Virus record (IMG/VR): IMGVR_UViG_3300045988_035499
Length of the DNA stretch: 64,000 nt
Direction: 5' to 3' (one strand)
Origin: a virus
The notes below the pieces were generated by a model. That model saw nothing but the letters and a program-made list of their open reading frames with translations, did no database searches and had not been told where the DNA came from. Below are positions 45,534 through 53,691 of the stretch, in pieces (position 1 is the first letter of the stretch; every line of letters begins with the position of its first letter). The position numbers were made by a program, and so were the translations under genes.

Positions 45534-45770
45534 ATGGAAATAACTAAAACATTGTACAATTTATTAGGTAAAGAAGTAATAGTAGAATACTCTAATAAAA
45601 AAGTTCTTACTACAATAAGTATAATAGAGAACAATGAAGGAGTAATAACCTTCGTACTATCAAATGGTGATAAAATAGCATTAGATACAATAAGTTCAAT
45701 TGTACATAATAATAGTACTACAACTATTACTTACAATGATGAAGGACTGATTGTATTTAAAATAGTCTAA
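45534..45770 (+). CDS. hypothetical protein
   Basis: ATG 45534 (MEITKTLYNLL...) within track ORF 45501..45770. Confidence 0.55.
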   Translation: MEITKTLYNLLGKEVIVEYSNKKVLTTISIIENNEGVITFVLSNGDKIALDTISSIVHNNSTTTITYNDEGLIVFKIV

Positions 45771-45779
45771 GAAAACTTC

Positions 45780-46470
45780 AAAAACAGATTTATTCGCAAA
45801 GTAATTATTCTATGAAATGCAAATTAACTTCTAGTGTTGTGAAACACACAATCCACGTTTTAATTATAATAGTATAAGTTAGGTATGCCCTTATAAAGAC
45901 TTAGGTAACGCTAAGGACTATACTATTATAATTCTCTTCTTAATGCAGCTAATATAGCAGTGACAAGCCTGTCTAATCGTCATAGAGACGTGAATGCAGA
46001 GTCAAGAAAACATAATCTTATTTACTATGCACAAGTAAATACAGATTATGAATCCACGTGGAAGGAAGATAGGTACAGTTGTAGGTTCCAGCTGAGTGCA
46101 TACCTGATTAAGCAACCAAGCGAAAGTAAGTATAGCAAAATTAAGTCGTAGCGTTACGGCTTTACTTTAACAAATGAGTCCTGAACACTCATATAACGTA
46201 CTTACTGGTCTGACACTAACCAAAAATAAGTGTCACTCTTATATCTGAAACAGTTCTATAGATATAGGTAAGATTAGAAGAACATAGGTAGAAATCCTTT
46301 TAAAGGCACTTAGGCTAAGTGTAATATAGCCTGATAATAGAGTAAGAGAAAATGAGACGAGAATATCACCGTAGCTCTTAGCATAGCTTATAGTCATATA
46401 ACGTAACAGTTGACTATATTAATGCGCTTACTCTATTATTTTTATTGCATTAACTAACAAATAAATCAAT
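45780..46470 (+). ncRNA. ORF-free structured region (strand not established)
   Basis: Long-range and local stems, including TTATAATAGTATA/TATACTATTATAA, TGACAC/GTGTCA, TATAGTCA/TGACTATA and AGAGTAAG/CTTACTCT. Has a GCGAAAG-type loop. Stops occur in all frames. Confidence 0.4.
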
Positions 46471-46473
46471 TAT

Positions 46474-46683
46474 ATGGAAACAAAAGTAGTACTAATAATC
46501 ACTGTTCATCTAATGCTGGGTATACTTGGATCTATACTTTTTCTTAAAGATATATATAGAACATACGGAGAGTTAACATTAGGCGATATATTAACGTTCT
46601 TAATAATTGCTCTTACAGGACCAATTACTCTACTAGCTTTATTAACAAAATATCTTGATAGATTTAAAATACTAAAAAAGTAA
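46474..46683 (+). CDS. small membrane protein (two TM segments)
   Basis: Intact 69-aa hydrophobic ORF. Confidence 0.6.
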   Translation: METKVVLIITVHLMLGILGSILFLKDIYRTYGELTLGDILTFLIIALTGPITLLALLTKYLDRFKILKK

Positions 46684-46719
46684 CTAATAAATCATGTAAA
46701 TTAGAATCTTATTAATAAG

Positions 46720-46850
46720 TTAATGCAGTAAATATTACTGCATCTATACTGTGAGAATCAGTATCAACTTTGTGGGGCTTATATTTAGACAATGTGTGAT
46801 AATAGTTGCAAATATTATTATATAATCTAATATTAGTGCAGATGAAATCA
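46720..46850 (+). repeat. RNA module copy A
   Basis: Hairpin ATACTG-TGAGAAT-CAGTAT, TGTGGGGC at 46771-46778, a variable segment, then GTGCAGATGAAATCA at 46836-46850. Confidence 0.5.
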
Positions 46851-46929
46851 AAGATAGTTCGTATTTGCGGTATTGCGGGATACGAACAAGTCAAGTCATT
46901 ATAAGACTGGGTAGCGTGATACAAAAAAT

Positions 46930-47069
46930 CCTAGCTGACCTGTAGCTAGGTATCTTTAAGGTGAGAATCCTTGACAATCCTGTGGGGCTCATATCTTTAG
47001 CTGTCCATTCAACTTGCGCTGTAGTTGAAATCGGCAACCAGCAAAGTATTAGTGCAGACGTTAAAATCA
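46930..47069 (+). repeat. RNA module copy B
   Basis: Hairpin AAGG-TGAGAAT-CCTT, TGTGGGGC at 46981-46988, a variable hairpin, then GTGCAGACGTTAAAATCA at 47052-47069. Confidence 0.5.
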
Positions 47070-47233
47070 GGAACAACTACATCATTCCTAACAATATTAT
47101 TAGTCATAAGCTTAACAACAATACGATGTAGCCAAGTATGCCCGTCTTTAGTATCTAACAAAACTACGTTTTGCCTGTTTTTGCTGTATTATTTTTAGCA
47201 ATTCATTCCAAATGACTAGTGTGTCATTACTAA

Positions 47234-47259
47234 TATACTTATCTGTGAAGATAGGTATA
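47234..47259 (+). repeat. RNA module hairpin, copy D (partial module)
   Basis: TATACTTATC-TGTGAA-GATAGGTATA. The same hairpin as at 48959 with one compensatory-type change. Confidence 0.45.
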
Positions 47260-47389
47260 TTAGTTGCACTCATAAGGTAGCCTTCACGTGGCGAGTGTGT
47301 AAGTAGTAGGTTTAAAAAAGAAATCCAGTTTGTTTGCCTATGAAACTAATACCTTTATTTAATAGTATTAATCAATAATATATAATAGT

Positions 47390-47662
47390 ATGAAAAAGAA
47401 AGAATTATCTAAAAGACATCAAATAATTGTATATATGAATATACATTTACTTGAATTCCTTCTAAAAAGGCACTTACTAACTAATTTTATAGATGAAGCA
47501 GTTAGACAATCAAAGTGGCATATACCAGTATATAGAGAAGAACAAAAGTATTGTTATTTTTGTGAATTCTTTTCATGGACTAAATCAAAAAGAGGTTGCA
47601 AATATTGGGCAACAATAGATTCAGATTTTGACATTTATTTATATAATCTAAAAACAGCATGA
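47390..47662 (+). CDS. hypothetical protein (paralog of 47659..47904)
   Basis: Intact 90-aa ORF. Shares the W..(S/T)K.G.KYW motif with the next ORF. Confidence 0.6.
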   Translation: MKKKELSKRHQIIVYMNIHLLEFLLKRHLLTNFIDEAVRQSKWHIPVYREEQKYCYFCEFFSWTKSKRGCKYWATIDSDFDIYLYNLKTA

Positions 47663-47904
47663 AAAAAATCAAAAGACATCGGTTCGTGATTAATCTACCT
47701 TCAACTTTACTACTTTTTCTTATTAAAGAAAGAGTATTAAGTAAATTTATATCTAATACTGTAGACTTTTTTTCTGGAAAAGGAAAAGGATTTATTTTAA
47801 TACCTGATTTAGCCGAAAGTTACTTTGAATGGGAGAGCACTAAAGAGGGTCATAAATACTGGGAAGACTTAATTAATAAATATTATGAACAATATGATGA
47901 ATAA
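47659..47904 (+). CDS. hypothetical protein
   Basis: Intact 81-aa ORF with an ATGA overlap to the upstream paralog. Confidence 0.6.
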   Translation: MKKIKRHRFVINLPSTLLLFLIKERVLSKFISNTVDFFSGKGKGFILIPDLAESYFEWESTKEGHKYWEDLINKYYEQYDE

Positions 47905-48169
47905 AATTAGTAAGTATATTCTAGTAATTATACTTATTATTGTAATAGCTTACACTATTATAAAATGCATTCCTGAACATCCTATATACAATTTTGTAGA
48001 TTTACAAATGAAGTATAAGAGGTATCTATTAGTAGATAAATATGTAGAAAACTTTAGTGATTCTTACGTATTTATACTGAAAAATCCAGTTACTAATCAA
48101 AACAATAGAGTATATGTAAAAGATTACTTATACACTAATGTATATTTCGTTGGAGATACTATTAAATAA
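47885..48169 (+). CDS. small N-terminally anchored membrane protein
   Basis: Intact 94-aa ORF with TM segment YILVIILIIVIAYTII. Confidence 0.55.
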   Translation: MNNMMNKISKYILVIILIIVIAYTIIKCIPEHPIYNFVDLQMKYKRYLLVDKYVENFSDSYVFILKNPVTNQNNRVYVKDYLYTNVYFVGDTIK

Positions 48170-48284
48170 CAATTATGAAAAGAGAAGATATCAAGCAGAA
48201 TATCTAAAAACTAACTTTGCTGACCTATTACTTAACTGGTTTGAAAAGTAATTATATTATTAACTATTAAACGTTTATCAAAAA

Positions 48285-48470
48285 ATGAAGAAAAGTTTTA
48301 TTTTACATTCCGCAGTAGACGGTACTGAACTTTTAGTGCCAAGAGACTCCTTAGACTACGCTTACGTAGATGACGATAATAACACTATTGCTGTTATTTT
48401 GTCTAACGAATTTGCGGTTACTGAATCTATGGCTGAAATAGCCGATAACTTAGAAGAAATGGAGGACTAA
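48285..48470 (+). CDS. small acidic protein
   Basis: Intact 61-aa ORF. Confidence 0.5.
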   Translation: MKKSFILHSAVDGTELLVPRDSLDYAYVDDDNNTIAVILSNEFAVTESMAEIADNLEEMED

Positions 48471-48472
48471 AA

Positions 48473-48925
48473 ATGGAAAATGAACTAATGAAAATGCCTA
48501 AGTCATCTAATAAAGTATGGATATGGGCACTGCTGTTTATTGCTATTTTAGCAGTCGCAGCGACTGTAATCTATCTCGATCGTGAGAAGATTTCAAGACT
48601 TTTTAACTCTGAGAAGAGTACTGAGCTACAAAAAACTGATATTGCAGAGGATTATGTTCCTACAATACAGGAAACTCTACAAATGAGGGAACAAATGAAA
48701 TGGAATCAGCATGTTGACAGTGTATTTCTTACAATGCCAGAGGTAGTTCTAACTGATATTTTGATTAATCATGGTACAAGTATGTCTATAGAAGACATAG
48801 TTACTATATATGAATCAAACAAGAACTGCTACAATAGTGTTCTAAGTGGTGCACGATCGCAACAATATATTGATTCTATAAATGAAAAACGAGAAGAAAG
48901 AGATACAATTAGTATTTCTCATTAG
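48473..48925 (+). CDS. membrane-anchored hypothetical protein
   Basis: 150-aa ORF with TM segment WIWALLFIAILAVAATVIY. Ends in TAG. Confidence 0.6.
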   Translation: MENELMKMPKSSNKVWIWALLFIAILAVAATVIYLDREKISRLFNSEKSTELQKTDIAEDYVPTIQETLQMREQMKWNQHVDSVFLTMPEVVLTDILINHGTSMSIEDIVTIYESNKNCYNSVLSGARSQQYIDSINEKREERDTISISH

Positions 48926-48958
48926 CGTAACCTCCTAATAAGTTAATATTAGGTTAAC

Positions 48959-49102
48959 TATACTTGTCTGTGAAGATAGGTATAGTCTTCAGAAAATGAC
49001 AAACATGTGGGGCGTAAGAAATTCTATATCTATAATCCATTCTGTTTAAGTTATAGATGAAAGTAACAGAAAAGAATTTTGATCGTGCAGACGTTAAAAT
49101 CA
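48959..49102 (+). repeat. RNA module copy C
   Basis: Hairpin TATACTTGTC-TGTGAA-GATAGGTATA, TGTGGGGC at 49006-49013, variable hairpin ATCTATAA/TTATAGAT, then GTGCAGACGTTAAAATCA at 49085-49102. Confidence 0.5.
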
Positions 49103-49343
49103 TGTACTCCAATAAGGATGGTTTGACAGCTATTCCTGCTTATGAGTTAAAACTATAGTGAGAGTCAGAATATATTAGGTAAGAGAAAACAAGTGAATAC
49201 TATTTATCTTATTAACATGTTTTACAACAAAAGTGGCTAAAAGAGTTTAGCAAAAGTCTGATACTTAGACTTAAAACACAAATCCAAAAGTATCTTGGTC
49301 GTCGTCAATAATTATTAACTAACAATTTAAGATTATGTAAAAA

Positions 49344-49589
49344 ATGAAAGGAAAACGGTATTTGACTGAAATCACATTTAAAACAGATCACTTTTTAGCT
49401 AATTTATTAGCAGTAAGAAGTTTCTGTGGTATTACTCCACTATCTAAAGCTAAAGAATTAGTTAATCAAGGTAGAAATGGGGTGACTGTAAACAATCTTC
49501 ATTTAGAATTAAATACTAAATTATCTACAGATGACTTAGTAGCTAAGCTAGATGAATATGAAATATACATTAAAATAACTAATCAATAG
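49344..49589 (+). CDS. hypothetical protein
   Basis: 81-aa ORF ending in TAG followed immediately by TAA. Confidence 0.6.
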   Translation: MKGKRYLTEITFKTDHFLANLLAVRSFCGITPLSKAKELVNQGRNGVTVNNLHLELNTKLSTDDLVAKLDEYEIYIKITNQ

Positions 49590-49597
49590 TAAAAAAA

Positions 49598-50104
49598 ATG
49601 AAAGCAATTATTATCGTATTTGATGGAGAGTATTTACCTGAATATGGTGGACAGGATGCACTCTGCGCTAAATTAGTTAAGACATTTAGCGCACGCTCTA
49701 ATGGCGTAGAAGTACCTAATAGAAAAGTAAAAGTTGTTACTATGACTGACTCTGATATAGAGAAGTTATTAGTATTAAATACTTTAACTAAAACAGAAGG
49801 TATAAGTTGTGCTACAATTAATCAATCTGTAAAAATAGCAGATATAATTGATGATTTCTGTAAAAAGGTATTAGCTATTGTAGGTAGTAGAGTATTACTT
49901 GGGGAAAGTACCTTTAAACAGGCTTTTGTTATTAATCTGATTAATAAAGATGAACTACGTAAGCATCCTGCAGTACCGTATATTGCAGAGATAACAGATG
50001 AAAAGATATATCTTGATAGACGTAATCAGCTAAATAGCTATAAATACGGCTGTCTACCAGAGTATATTAACATAGTTCACAATAGTATATGTAAACTCTA
50101 CTAA
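49598..50104 (+). CDS. hypothetical protein
   Basis: Intact 168-aa ORF. Confidence 0.65.
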   Translation: MKAIIIVFDGEYLPEYGGQDALCAKLVKTFSARSNGVEVPNRKVKVVTMTDSDIEKLLVLNTLTKTEGISCATINQSVKIADIIDDFCKKVLAIVGSRVLLGESTFKQAFVINLINKDELRKHPAVPYIAEITDEKIYLDRRNQLNSYKYGCLPEYINIVHNSICKLY

Positions 50105-50105
50105 T

Positions 50106-50204
50106 ATGGCAAAGACAGATAAGGAAGAAAAACCGAAAGACTTCAAGAAGAGGCCTAAACATAAAAAAATGGAGCCTTATAGCCGCACTAAAGCATGGAA
50201 ATAA
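50106..50204 (+). CDS. small basic peptide (32 aa)
   Basis: ATG 50106 (MAKTDKEEKPKDFKKRPKHKK...) to TAA 50202. Confidence 0.3.
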   Translation: MAKTDKEEKPKDFKKRPKHKKMEPYSRTKAWK

Positions 50205-50344
50205 TTGAACAACAATGTCCTACACGTGATAATAAAATTGCCTGTAGTGAATGCCCTCATGAGTGTAAACTCAGAATGGAACCAAAGAACAGTACGTCAA
50301 CAGAGATTCCGCCAGAGTCTCTGCCAACTGTTATATATTACTAA
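50195..50344 (+). CDS. small Cys-motif protein (49 aa)
   Basis: MEIIEQQCPTRDNKIACSECPHECKL... Preferred over the TTG-started track ORF 50205..50420 in another frame. Confidence 0.3.
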   Translation: MEIIEQQCPTRDNKIACSECPHECKLRMEPKNSTSTEIPPESLPTVIYY

Positions 50345-50569
50345 TTTTAATTTGTTAGTAACATGGTGGATTCAGTCAACCAAAGGATTACTTAAAGCCA
50401 GAACCCTAATGGAAGCTTAGTACTACTAAGCTACTAAGCAAGAGTACAAAGGACTATACAACGGTCAACCTAGCAATAGGTCAGGAGAAGGACGTGGGCT
50501 GTCTGCGAATAAGAAGTACAAATAAGCAGAGTAATTCTTTTAAATTTAAATCATTAAATATCAAGTTAT

Positions 50570-50857
50570 ATGACAAAAACAAAAAGAATAAAACAATTAA
50601 AAGCAGCTATATCTACAGGACTATTAAGTATAATAGATACAAAGTACTGTGAAAAAGAAATTGCTAAATTAGAAAAGCAATTAAAAGCTGAAGAACAACG
50701 AATTCATATTTTTCTTATGAAATGTTCTGAAAATTCATTAAAGCGTAAAGAAGCTTATGAAAACAGAAAATTGATAAAAGCAGGAGAAAGAGAAAGTTAT
50801 CGTCAACGTAAAATAAGACTTAATAAAGAAAGAAGAGATTCTTTAAATAAGTATTAA
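50570..50857 (+). CDS. hypothetical Lys/Glu-rich protein
   Basis: Intact 95-aa ORF. Confidence 0.6.
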   Translation: MTKTKRIKQLKAAISTGLLSIIDTKYCEKEIAKLEKQLKAEEQRIHIFLMKCSENSLKRKEAYENRKLIKAGERESYRQRKIRLNKERRDSLNKY

Positions 50858-50858
50858 A

Positions 50859-51086
50859 ATGGCATATTACTATACTCAAATAAATATAGCTCCTACTGAA
50901 GATATAGATAGAAGAGCTGAAGCATTAGCATATTTTCACAATATGAATATTGCAGATGCACTATTAATGTGTAGTAAAAATAAATGGAAAAGTATTAAAG
51001 TCAAAGTTAAATACATAGCTAAAGCTGTAGTATATGCTAGATATAGATACTTTTCTGATTGTGACTTTATAGAAATAATTCCATAG
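50859..51086 (+). CDS. hypothetical protein
   Basis: 75-aa ORF ending TAG-AGT-TAA. Confidence 0.55.
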   Translation: MAYYYTQINIAPTEDIDRRAEALAYFHNMNIADALLMCSKNKWKSIKVKVKYIAKAVVYARYRYFSDCDFIEIIP

Positions 51087-51129
51087 AGTTAATTAATATA
51101 TTTTTTAATCATTAAAACTGTAATCAAAA

Positions 51130-51600
51130 ATGGCAGAAAAAGAAAAAATGAACATCCTCACAACTGAGGATATCAATGGAGAAAATATCCAAGAGGTTAT
51201 CTCCAATTCAAGTAAGGTAACGGAAGATATTGCAACGAAAGCAGCAGAAAAGATTGCTGAGCGTCGTAAAGAGAAACTTACGAACGACCTTATTGAAGTT
51301 GTACAGAAGTGCGAATATACAGTATCGGCTGCGGTACTGCAAGTTCGTCGCTCTAATCGTACAAACCAACGTATCAAAAGCTATCTGAAGTCTTTGTCAG
51401 AACTAGCTGAAGATGTCAAGAGCGGAAAGAAACCTGTAACAGCATGGGACAAAGAAGCTCGTGAGATGAAGAAGCAGTTTGACAAAGACTTGATTGAAAT
51501 TGGAAAGAGTATCGATGAATCTCTTCGTGAGCTGAACGAAATCTTCCCGAATTCATGGCAATGGCGATACGGAGAATTAGTTCCTGGAAACAAAAATTAA
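51130..51600 (+). CDS. hypothetical helical protein
   Basis: Intact 156-aa ORF with higher G+C. Confidence 0.7.
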   Translation: MAEKEKMNILTTEDINGENIQEVISNSSKVTEDIATKAAEKIAERRKEKLTNDLIEVVQKCEYTVSAAVLQVRRSNRTNQRIKSYLKSLSELAEDVKSGKKPVTAWDKEAREMKKQFDKDLIEIGKSIDESLRELNEIFPNSWQWRYGELVPGNKN

Positions 51601-51629
51601 TTCTCAAATTAAAAGAGACACCAGAGTTA

Positions 51630-51868
51630 GAATCTTTGAATCAATACTCTTAGTGAGGGGCGGTTGGGCTTTTGCCGGGGATACCAGCGCACACGGACCT
51701 GAATTAACAGGTCACATATGGAATCTTTGAATCAATTATGTGGTGTTACAATGAACTACTGATCATAAGTCTGAGATCGCGACAATAAGATTGTCCCGCA
51801 TTAGTAATAATGCTGAAACGCTTTAGTCGTGATATCAAGTCAGACAGATATTTGTGAATCTTTGAATC
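51630..51868 (+). repeat. three exact copies of GAATCTTTGAATC
   Basis: Copies at 51630-51642, 51721-51733 and 51856-51868, each followed by a hairpin-rich segment. Confidence 0.7.
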
Positions 51869-51960
51869 TTATAGAACTAAGTAACGAGTTTGAGAATGTT
51901 CTATATCAGATATCGTTAGTATTATCAAGATCAGTAATAGAGATTAACCATCTCAAGACC

Positions 51961-52055
51961 ATAGGGTATATGACTTTGGTCGGTCATATACCCACATTGA
52001 CTGCTAGGTCTATGAATCAGTCGTATGGACGAGGGTTTGATCCCCTCCAGCTCCA
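51961..52055 (+). ncRNA. ssrA: tmRNA-like acceptor piece (T arm plus 3' acceptor strand); 5' boundary uncertain
   Basis: GTCGTATGGAC-GAGGG-TTTGATC-CCCTC-CAGCTCC-A closely matches the 3' end of bacterial tmRNA as I recall it (GGACGAGGGUUCGA.UCCCUCCAGCUCCACCA in Bacteroidota). Preceded by an 11-bp hairpin at 51964-51993. Confidence 0.6.
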
Positions 52056-52183
52056 CAACAAGTGCTAAAGGATGTGGGTGAGACTCCCTTAAGTGCTCGC
52101 GAGATAGTAATTGCTTGAGCTGCCTGATAACGGCTAGGATAATTTAGAAGCTTCGTTCTAGCTGGCACTTTATTACATTACAA

Positions 52184-52325
52184 GGGGCTGAATGAATTTG
52201 ACAGCGACAATGTGAAGTAGAATAGGTCAATAAGCAGATAACTGGCAACACAAGTTATGTAACAGATTACACTCGCTTAGTAGCGTAAGTAATCTAACGG
52301 CTAAGCTAATGTCGTAAAAAGCTGG
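52184..52325 (+). ncRNA. ssrA: tmRNA-like coding piece (5' acceptor strand, TTTGACAGCG box, tag reading frame); 3' boundary uncertain
   Basis: GGGGCTG pairs with CAGCTCC at 52048-52054, including a G3-U pair. GGGGCTGAATGAATTTGACAGCG resembles tmRNA 5' ends. This piece lies DOWNSTREAM of the acceptor piece, so the order is permuted. Confidence 0.6.
52244..52288 (+). other. candidate tmRNA tag reading frame GNTSYVTDYTRLVA-stop
   Basis: GGC resume codon in a CTGGC context as in Bacteroidota tmRNAs. Hydrophobic LVA C-terminus. TAA at 52286-52288. Confidence 0.5.
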
Positions 52326-52400
52326 AGTAAGTAAGCTTTGCATGGTAGTGAAGCCTTGGGTTTTACCAAGAGATAAGGAGTTCGAGTCTCCTACTTACTA
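52326..52400 (+). ncRNA. tRNA-like element with a 6-nt anticodon loop and A8
   Basis: Acceptor AGTAAGT/ACTTACT, D stem GCTT/AAGC with a 12-nt loop, T arm AGGAG-TTCGAGT-CTCCT, and anticodon arm CTTGG-GTTTTA-CCAAG (loop one nt short). Abuts the tmRNA-like coding piece. Confidence 0.5.
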
Positions 52401-52436
52401 CAACTAAATTAAATTTAATCAATAAATTAATTTGAA

Positions 52437-52715
52437 ATGGGATTAATGAATTTTATCAGAGAAAACTTACCTGAATCATGGGATAAGGCTTCAACAGAAA
52501 TGAGAATGAAAACCGAATTAATACATCGGTTGCATAGTGTAGTACCATATACTTATAAAAATAGGTATCACTACAAAGAAGGTATAGCGTACATCAGAAG
52601 ACTGTTTAATACTAGAGCGGATATAATCCACTTAATAGATGCAACAGACATTGATGTTGATAAGTGGAAAGAATTAGGTAACAAAATTAAAGAAATCGAA
52701 TATCAATGCGTGTAA
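52437..52715 (+). CDS. hypothetical protein
   Basis: Intact 92-aa ORF. Confidence 0.6.
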   Translation: MGLMNFIRENLPESWDKASTEMRMKTELIHRLHSVVPYTYKNRYHYKEGIAYIRRLFNTRADIIHLIDATDIDVDKWKELGNKIKEIEYQCV

Positions 52716-52897
52716 GATACTTTGCGTGGTTCGACTCAAAAGCCGAACAGACTGAATTCATTAAATTACTTAATGATTCTCGTACTGAAAATGAAGCTAT
52801 TAATAAAGTAGCTCAGAAGTATCCAGATCTAAGAATGTCGGAAATAGCTGGAATAGTAGATAACTTTAAAAAACAAATTAATAATCATGAGACTTAA
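52706..52897 (+). CDS. hypothetical protein
   Basis: Intact 63-aa ORF overlapping its neighbours. Confidence 0.5.
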   Translation: MRVRYFAWFDSKAEQTEFIKLLNDSRTENEAINKVAQKYPDLRMSEIAGIVDNFKKQINNHET

Positions 52898-53345
52898 TCA
52901 TCCTGGTATATACCGGATTATTGGCGAGAGTTTTGAACTACTTGCTAATTGTGTTGGAGAAGCTCCTTGTATTAGGATTACTTCAGCTTTATATATGAAT
53001 GACCTCGTTCAAAGAGGTAAGTTTACAATCCTCGAAGAGGAATCTATTGAAATTCAGAGTATCTATGCAGATCCAGATGCATTTGTATTCTTAGAATATG
53101 AATATTCTGAAATATGTAATCTACCACCTTATCGTAAAACGATACGTGGTACGAAGATGCCTAATATCTCTAAAGATGAGATAAAGGAATTCACAGAAAG
53201 ATATCTAGAAGATATTAAGATTAATGGTCGTGGAGTAATGGCTACTAAAAGTTATATCATGAGTAAAACTGAGTGGTCATTATCACAGATTAACGTCGTA
53301 ATACTTCAGATACAAAAAATACTAAAGCGTAATGGACGTTTATAG
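52887..53345 (+). CDS. hypothetical protein
   Basis: 152-aa ORF ending in TAG. Confidence 0.6.
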   Translation: MRLNHPGIYRIIGESFELLANCVGEAPCIRITSALYMNDLVQRGKFTILEEESIEIQSIYADPDAFVFLEYEYSEICNLPPYRKTIRGTKMPNISKDEIKEFTERYLEDIKINGRGVMATKSYIMSKTEWSLSQINVVILQIQKILKRNGRL

Positions 53346-53691
53346 TTTAACCAATAGAGTATATACTCATTGGGGCAAGAGATATAACAGTTTTAATTGG
53401 AATGACGAATGGAAAACCCATACAAGACTGTATTCTAAGACTAGATTCAGAGGCACTCCTATCATAGCATGGCTCGATATGAATATACTCCAAAGAATAG
53501 GTAAAGATTCTGATTTTACTATCAAAGTAAGAATTAGAATATTATGTGGTATGATTAACAAAATACCACATAATGTTTATTCTAGAGAAATGAAAATTAG
53601 TTTTATGGAATGTGTATGGGATATCTATAAGCAGTTCAAGAAAAGCTGGGAAAATTGGCATTGTAGATATGTACTAGGATTGCCATTCTAA
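53332..53691 (+). CDS. hypothetical protein
   Basis: Intact 119-aa ORF. Confidence 0.55.
   Translation: MDVYSLTNRVYTHWGKRYNSFNWNDEWKTHTRLYSKTRFRGTPIIAWLDMNILQRIGKDSDFTIKVRIRILCGMINKIPHNVYSREMKISFMECVWDIYKQFKKSWENWHCRYVLGLPF

Noticed and set aside
50205-50420. Track ORF 50205..50420 (+)
   Set aside because: It has a TTG start and protein-unlike sequence. An ATG-started Cys-motif ORF in another frame (50195..50344) is a somewhat better candidate, though that one is weak too.
51105-51607. Minus-strand ORFs 51105..51377, 51381..51593 and 51416..51607
   Set aside because: They are antisense to the well-formed 156-aa plus-strand ORF 51130..51600.
51655-52055. A standard one-piece ~400-nt tmRNA starting at GGGGCGG (51655) and ending at CAGCTCC-A (52055)
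   Set aside because: GGGGCGG mismatches the 3' strand at position 6 and lacks the TTTGACAGCG box. No plausible tag frame follows it; the candidates end ..WNL or ..DLN. The downstream GGGGCTG at 52184 pairs perfectly and is followed by a good tag frame. I keep this as an alternative to test.
52245-52262. Alternative tmRNA tag frame starting GCA (ATQVM-stop)
   Set aside because: It is only 5 residues and lacks the hydrophobic Ala/Val C-terminus typical of degradation tags. The GGC frame gives a 14-residue tag ending LVA.
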